In this document: positions 56,401 through 64,000 of the stretch, one piece after another
Numbering within the stretch: the stretch's first letter is position 1
How the letters are laid out: every line of letters begins with the position of its first letter
Origin: Lytechinus pictus
Lineage: Eukaryota
Length of the DNA: 64,000 bases
Assembly (NCBI RefSeq): GCF_037042905.1
Contig: NC_087251.1
Coordinates: forward strand, 34,722,001 to 34,786,000
Direction: 5' to 3'
The notes under the pieces: model-generated
What the model was told of the DNA's origin: nothing
Database searches by the model: none
The model's input: the letters and a program-made list of their open reading frames with translations, nothing else
Position numbers and translations under genes: made by a program

Positions 56401-59400
56401 AAAAAAAATAAATTTTATACACCACAGAAAATAAAGGTCTTTATTAAGGGTTATCTTACAAATGCTAACGAAAAATAACGGTCATCACTAATGTAAGAAG
56501 GATTAATCGAAAACCACCAACATCAGTTGAAGTGGACTCCCTTCGTAACGAAGGAAATAAAACAAGTCTGGAAAAAAAGTGAGACGTATACAAAGAAACG
56601 GAAATATACTTGGATAACATAATAAATCAATTATAAATTTCAATCAGCACATAATATTGGACTCTTGTTTTTGTATCAGCCGCCCTGCTTCTAAGAATGA
56701 GGGAAAGAAACCAAAGCATATCGTGTCAGTAGGACACGGAAGCATGGTTAGGGGAGTGCTAGTAAGACAGAGAAAAGAACGTCAATAATCTGAAAAGGTT
56801 ACCTTACATTAAAAAATATATTGTTAATGGTAATGATAGCAGGGTCGCTGGAAAAAAACCTATCAAAACGGAACTGTCTAACCTGGAAAATAAGAGCCAT
56901 TATGAATATTCATGTTTAAAAAGTATCAAGCCTGAAAAGAGAAGACAATAAAGATCAGAAGTTAAAAGTTATATAGAAGACGGCCGATACCAGCTGAAGT
57001 GGTGTTCCCTGACGAAAAAAAAAGAATCATTGTTCATAATATAAAAATGCATCCAGAAAAGAAGAGAATCAGAAGTGGGAAAACAGAAATACACTGGTAT
57101 TAAATAGATAATCAATAATAATTTCACTAAGTTTTATTGGATTTTTTTTCCTTTTGATCATCCGCTCTGTTTCTGAAAGAAAGAAAAGAAAGCATATCAT
57201 GTACGCGGGGCACAATTAAGGGGGTACTCCTAAGGCTTTATAAAAAAAATATTGCCTATGGTTTTGTAAAGGGTCAGTACAAGACCGCCTTTCGCTACAT
57301 GTGTAAAAAGAATAATCATTATTAATATTATAAATATTAATATTATAATTAAAATGCATCGAACCGCTGGAAAAGTGCTTGCAAAAACCGAGTGGCTACT
57401 TTCTGTAAATAGAATCATAGATATTGTATAATATTTTAATTAGGACAAAATCATATCAAGTTGGGTCCGCTGAGAGATGTTTGCCTGTTTGGGTAACGTA
57501 ATTTAGAGTTGTTAGCATTTGTATCATGATATATTCTCTATTAAAAAAAATGTACTACTTTCGTAGAAGACTGTCAATAAACGCTGACGCGAAGTGGCTA
57601 ACCTGAGTAAATAAGAATTACTATTATTATTAGCATTGTCTTTAATCTTATCCAGCCTAAAAAGAAAAAAAAATAGCACATAGAGTTACTGATTCTGCTG
57701 TTGAAATCATCGTGACAGTCTTCTCTCTAGGTCTTTGTTGCCTTGAAAACAGTGATTACTTTGTCAAAAGATATCTACTGAATAAAAAGGAAATATCGAT
57801 AAATCTAAGCTGAAATTAAAGTAAAGAGAAAATTAACATTTCAAACATTAACTTCAGATTTTATCAATAATATTTTATGCTTTTTTATTCCAGCTTGGCC
57901 TGGCACAAGGAACAAGATTTTTTTTTGGGGGGGGGGTGGGACCGCGGGATTTTTAGAAATCATGGGATAAACTAAGTTAATCATATCTATGAAAATGAAG
58001 TTTATAAGATAATTGAGTTTCTCATGAAGTTTTGTGTCTCAGTTTAATTGTAACCTTAACTGTAATATTGATTTTGTCATACTTATTGGATACTCTTTGA
58101 TTTTAATAGTTGCGTAATATAATGATATGGAAACAGCTTAATGGCTTTCGATTAAATGTGAAAAGGAAGTGGAATTACATTGAAATTATTTATTTTTTCT
58201 TACCTTTATTTAGACGAAGGGTGAAATGATCGATAGAAACAGCAGAGCTTATTGACGGAAAAATGTAGAAGGGGATCATGGTAAAAGCTAGACTAGCTGC
58301 TCTCTTACGAAAAAGTGTTTATGCACAAAAATATTGGTCGATAGATGGAAACTGGTTGCTCTCTGTTAGATGGAGTCTAGATGCTCTGTGATGAAAGGAT
58401 GACGAAGATAGTGGTAGGAAGGAAGGAGACTAGACATTTTCTGATTAAACAGTGACAAAACTAGTGGTAGATGGAGGGAGATGAGCTGGCGGAAGATGGA
58501 AGGAGACTATTTGTTGTCACATGGAATGTGAAAGGGTGAAGAAGCTTCTGGTAGATGAAAGAGACTACTACGAAATTAGTTGAAGAAGGAAGGATGCTAG
58601 TTTCTCCCAGATGAAAAGGTGACGAAGCTAGAGGTAGATGGAGACGAGTGGCTCTCTGACGAAAAGGTGATGAAACTAGAGATAGATGGAAGGGGACTAG
58701 TTGCTCTCTGATGAAAGGATGATAGAGCTTGTGGTAGATGGAGGAGACAAATGTTCTCTGATTAAACGGTGACAAAACTAGTGGTAGATGGAGGGAGATG
58801 AGCTGGCGGTAGATGGAAGGAGACTATTTGTTCTCTCATGGAAGGGTGACGAAGCTAGTGGTAGATGAAAAGAGGCTGTAATGAAAAGGTGACAAAGCTT
58901 GTTGTAGGAGATTAGTTGCTCTCTGTGCAAGGGTGACGAAGCCAGTGGTAGCCAGAAGGATGCTATTTTCTCCCAGATGAAAGGGTGACACAGCTAGTGA
59001 TAGATGGAGACCAGTTCCTCTCTGATGAAAGGTTGATGAAACTAGTGATAGATGGAAGGGGACTAGTTGCTCTGATGAAAGGATGATAGAGGTAGTGGTA
59101 GATGGAAGTAGAATACTTGCTCACTGACGAAAGGGTGACGAAGCTAGTGATAGATGGAAGAGACTCTCTGATGAAAAGGTGACGAAGCTAGTGGTAGATG
59201 GAAGGAGACTAGTTGCTCTCTGATGAAAGGGTGACGAAGGTAGTGGTAGATAGAAAGAGACTACTTGCTGTAAATGGTTACGAAACTGGTTGAAGGAAAC
59301 TAGTTGGTCGCTTGTGTAAGGGTGAAGAAGCTAGTGGTAGATGGGAAAGAAACTAGTTTCTCTCTGATGAAAGGATGAGGAAGCTAGTGGTAGATGAAAG

Positions 59401-62400
59401 AGACTACTTGCTATAAATGGTGACGAAACTAGTTGAAGAAGGAAGGAAACTAGTTGGTCTCTACTGAAAGGGTGACGAAGCCAGTGGTAGATGGAAGAGA
59501 CTGTCTGATGACAGGGTGATGAAGCTGGTGGTAGATGAGGGACTAGTTGTTCTCAGATAAAAGGGTGTCGAAACTAGTGGTAAATGGAGTGAGACTAGTT
59601 GATCTCTGGTAAAAGGGTGACAAAGCTAGTGTTAGATGGAAGGAGGCTAGATGTTCTCTGATTAGACGGTGACAAAACTAGTGGTAGATGGAGGGAGATG
59701 AGCTAGCGGTAAATGGAAGGAGACTATTTGTTCTCTCATGGAAGGGTTACGAAGTTAGTGGTAGATGGAAGGAGGCTCTGATGAAAGGGTGATAAAGCTT
59801 GTGGTAGGAGATTAGTTGCTCTCTGTGGAAGGGTGTCGAAGCCAGTGGTAGATAGAAGGATGCTAGTTCCTCCCAGATGAAAGGGTGACGAGAGCTAGTG
59901 GTACATGGAAGGAGACAAGTTGCTCTCTGATTTAAGGGTGACGAAGCTAGTGATAGATGGGAGGAGACTAGTTGCTCTCGGATGAAAGGGTGACAAAGGT
60001 TGTGGTAGGAGATTAGTTGCTCTCTGTGAAAGGGTGACGAAGCTAGTGGTAGATGGAAGGAGACTAGTTGCTCTCTGATTTAAGGATGACGAAGCTAGTT
60101 GAAGAAGGAAGGAGACTTCTTGCTCTCTGATTTAATGGTGACGAAGCTAGTGGTGGATGGTAGAGACGCTCTGATGACAGGGTGATGAAGCTGGTGGTAG
60201 ATGGGAGACTAGTTGTCTCAGATGAAAGGGTGACGAAACTAGTGGTAGATGGAAGGAGACTAGCTGCTCTTTGATGAAAGGGTGACGAAGCTAGTGGGGG
60301 ATGGAAGGAGGAGACTAGTTGCTCTCTGATGAAAGGATGACGTAGCTAGTGGTAGACAGAAGGATAATAGTTGCTCACTGGTGAAAGGGTGACGAAGCTA
60401 GTGGTAGATGGAAGGAGACTAGTTTCTCTGATTTAAGGGTGACGAACCTAGTATAGATGGAAGGAGACTAGTTGCTCACTGATGAAAGGGTGACGAAGCT
60501 AGTGGTAGATGGAAGAGACTCGCTGATGACAGAGTGATGAAGCTGGTGGTAGATGAGAGACTAGTTGTTCTCAGATGAAAGGGTGACGAAACTAGTGGTA
60601 GATGGGAGGAGACTAGTTGCTCTTTAATGAAAGGGTGATGGTATTAGTGATAGATAGAAGGAGGAGACTAGTTGCTCTCTGATGAAAGGATGACGTAGCT
60701 AGTGGGAGATGAAAGAGACTACTTGCTATAAATGGTGACGAAACTGGTTGAAGAAGTAAGGAGACTAGTTGCTCTCTGATGAAAGGATGACAAAGCTAGT
60801 GGTAGACAGAAGGATAATAGTTGCTCACTGGTGAAAGGGTGACAAAGCTAGTGGTAGATGAACGAGACTACTTGCTATACATGGCGACGAAACTAGTTGA
60901 AGAAGGAAAGAGACTTGGGCTCTCCTGAAAGGGTGACAAAGCCAGTGGTAGATGGAAGGAAGCTAGTTGCTCTCTGATGGAAGGATTAAGAGGCTATTGG
61001 TAAACGGAAGAAGACTAGTTGATGTCTGGTAAAAGGTTGTCAAGGTTAGTGGTAAAGTGAAAGAAATAAATTAGTTTCTGATGAAAGGGTGACGAAACTA
61101 TTGTTAGAAGGAAGGAGACTAGTTGCTCTCTGACGAAAGGATGACGAAGCTAGTTGAAGATGGAAGGCGGCTAGTTGCTCACTGATGAAAGGGTGACGAA
61201 GCTAGTGGTAACTGGAAGGAGAATACTTGCTTTCTGATGGGAGGGTGACGAAGCTCAGATTAAAGAGATTACTAAATTAAACTAGTTTTGACAAATCGCT
61301 GCTGGCAGGAAACCTGTGGAATAAAATACTTATACATATCCTGGCTCTCAAACAATCTAACATTACAACTAAAATCATCAAACTTAGTTACATTTTTTTT
61401 ACAGTTTGTGTATATATCGTCATTACTCATTACGAGTTATCAACCAAAATAGTCATCCCCACAATCAACCATACCCTACCAGAATACCAAATATCTGGTA
61501 TATTAAATTAGTTTTCATCCCTTTCTAAGGATGTGATAAATTGTTCAGCCGTATTAAACCTCTTTGGTTGTATGAGTTTTGTTGGATATCGGTGAAAAAA
61601 ACTGATGTATAATTGTTCCACAGGAAGATTACTCTCGCGGAGCTTGTTAGATTTTCAAGAGGATATTTGCTAGTCGATATGGTTGCAGAAGCTTCTCTTC
61701 CAAAGCGCGTGAAGATGAAGGCCCCTATTCATATCCAACACCTGGAACATAAACAAGAAAATAGTAATAATAGAAAATAGTTTGTTTCTGACGACTGTTT
61801 GGCATTTGATTATACATAAACCACGCACCAAATATACAAACCTCATGGTTTGTTGTCACTTGATAATAATCATCCATTTAAAAAAATAATATTTCTATTC
61901 ATTATCTAGATCTATCGATAGAAAAATATCAAACATATGCCATTGCTAGCTTGATTTTGATCATTGATTTCATAATTTCTAAGTACCTAATTTGTCTAAA
62001 GCCCTTTGATAATAGAATTAACAGTAATATTATGAGAAACTGTCTCCACCACTTTACTAAATGTAAAGAAATGTGGATTTGTATTAAAGTGTCAAATCAA
62101 AATTACGAAATTTTAATAACAGCATGTTAATAACGAATTATAAGATATAGACTGATACCATTGATTGATGTATACAAAGACATTGTAATAAGAGTACTAG
62201 TGAAATTAAACTTACCGCGATAATTCAAACGAACGAGACGATCGGTGCTACGTATTCAGCATGATGACTAAAAGCAAGAAACGAATGATCGTACGAGAGA
62301 CTCAACGAATGAACGAGTAGACGGACGAAAACGTAAAAACAAAATAAACGGTTTATGTTTTTTCCTCGTCGAAAGTAAAGGCTTAACTAGAAGACGATTT

Positions 62401-63637
62401 CAACTAAAGCGCCACCTCAACCCGTTTCAGGAATAGTCGTACTATCCCAGTCGCGTTAAAAAGTAAATAACCGTCGGGTATAATTCAGCAATCTTCTTGA
62501 CATGATACTATGAATTTACTGAGCAAATTTAGTCAAACCCCTATACTAAGGCCCTAGATGTGTGATTTTTTTCTGCAAACCATGGCATTAATATTCGCCT
62601 CACAAACCAGCTCGACAACATTCATAGATTCATTAATATCATGACGTGATGCAAGTATATTGTTTTCCGGGTATACATGACCATGATGACTGAGGTTTCA
62701 AGTCACTCAGGTTGGGAAGACGACGAAAGCTGCAAATGTTTTTCTTTTACTGTCCAAATACCACCTTGCTAATGCTGGGTAAATATTTTTTGGGTATTCC
62801 TTACCTGAAACATAAACACAATAAATCCATGTTAATTAAAATCTCGATTCTGATAATTATTTCAGAATGTGATGATTATGCACTAGATCTACAAAATAAA
62901 ACCAAATTGTCTCTTCATCATTACATTTTACATTAATTTTCTTATAACTTTTTTAATGTATTCATTATGATATTTATATGATGTGCCTACAACCTTTTAA
63001 ACGAGAAAGCTACATCTGCTGCTTAATTCATGTACAATTTTGCATAATCATCAATAAATGCCATTCTTGAATTGAATTGAATTGAACTGAATTGAACAAT
63101 AACCGGCGTTATTATCGCCAGTTCATAATCATCATCATCATCTCCATGCGGTAAATATTTTAGGGTGTTAATTATTTACGAATGTTTCATCTAGATACAA
63201 TAACATAAAGTTAGGCCTATGTTTAAGTCATATATTATACGATTGTTACAATTTGTTCCTTAACCGCGCATATAATGGCCCTTTCCCATTCAAAACCCAA
63301 GATCCTTTGAGCAACAACCATGGTATAGCAAAATATTAATTTTCTGTATAAAATAACAAAAATATGAAACGGCTGGATAGTCTATATTCAGTAATGCCAA
63401 CACGACACATGATGTCCAAAATGGTAACGATGTATAGATCTATTACTTTTACGTGCATGGGACTGTCAATTGTTAGAACTATTAACTGTCCAAAAAGAAT
63501 TACGAAAATTGTACAAAAACAATCTTAGCATATCTATATGTAAGAAGAAGTGTAATATTAAACTATTCTAATCCTTGGTCTTCTTTTGACTTTGAATTTT
63601 GGTTCTTTATCAGTTTCTATATCGATAGGCCTATTCA
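53443..63637. repeat. Macro-repeat unit D (10,195 bp)
   Basis: Near-identical to C apart from a 298-bp deletion, ~207 bp less satellite and one fewer ~230-bp duplicate; homology stops after ataggcctattca at 63637. Confidence 0.97.
58280..61255. repeat. 52-bp minisatellite block 4
   Basis: Same consensus; about 4 monomers shorter than block 3. Confidence 0.95.
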
Positions 63638-64000
63638 GGAAAGAAAACGTTCTTTCCGCCCCCACACGAGTAGAACGGGAAGGTTGTGACGACGAAGGGC
63701 ATGGGAGGGGGGAGGGGTTATGGGGAGGTGTAGAGGATAGGGGGACACATGCTTTGGGTTGGAAGGGGGTTTGTAATCTTTTGCTTCCGTGTTTTTTATT
63801 TCCTTTTTTTCTTTCTTTTTTGTTTTTGTTTTGCTTCTTGGCTATTTTCAAACTCCTTTATATAACAACATAGGGTCGGGGGGGGGGGGGTGGTAGGTAT
63901 GTAGGGTTCAGGGCCAGATGCTGATGTTGTTAGAGGATATGAAATATTTGAGGAATGAGGCCAAGGTGGGGAGGGGGGGGTGGGTTATGGAAAATCCTTG

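Overview
AT-rich animal genomic DNA with spliceosomal introns. The repeat types resemble those of sea urchins, but the organism is an inference. 1-18.5 kb: a minus-strand cathepsin F-type gene (signal peptide, cystatin-like domain, I29 propeptide, papain C1A domain). Ten GT-AG exons were spliced by eye into one open frame of 431 codons; the last exon lies outside the window. Its promoter has CCAAT boxes and a CLEAR/M-box motif. Its introns hold MITEs, a SINE, a LINE fragment, a decayed copy of exon 6 and a 3.3-kb foldback element nested in a small MITE. 18.5-24.3 kb: intergenic repeats. 24.3-63.6 kb: a head-to-tail array of three near-identical 10.2-10.9-kb units plus one older, partial unit. 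Each unit contains a ~3-kb block of 52-bp minisatellite and what looks like the skeleton of a decayed multi-exon minus-strand gene, possibly a mucin-like or IgGFc-binding-domain secreted protein (tentative). All coordinates and translations were worked out by hand.
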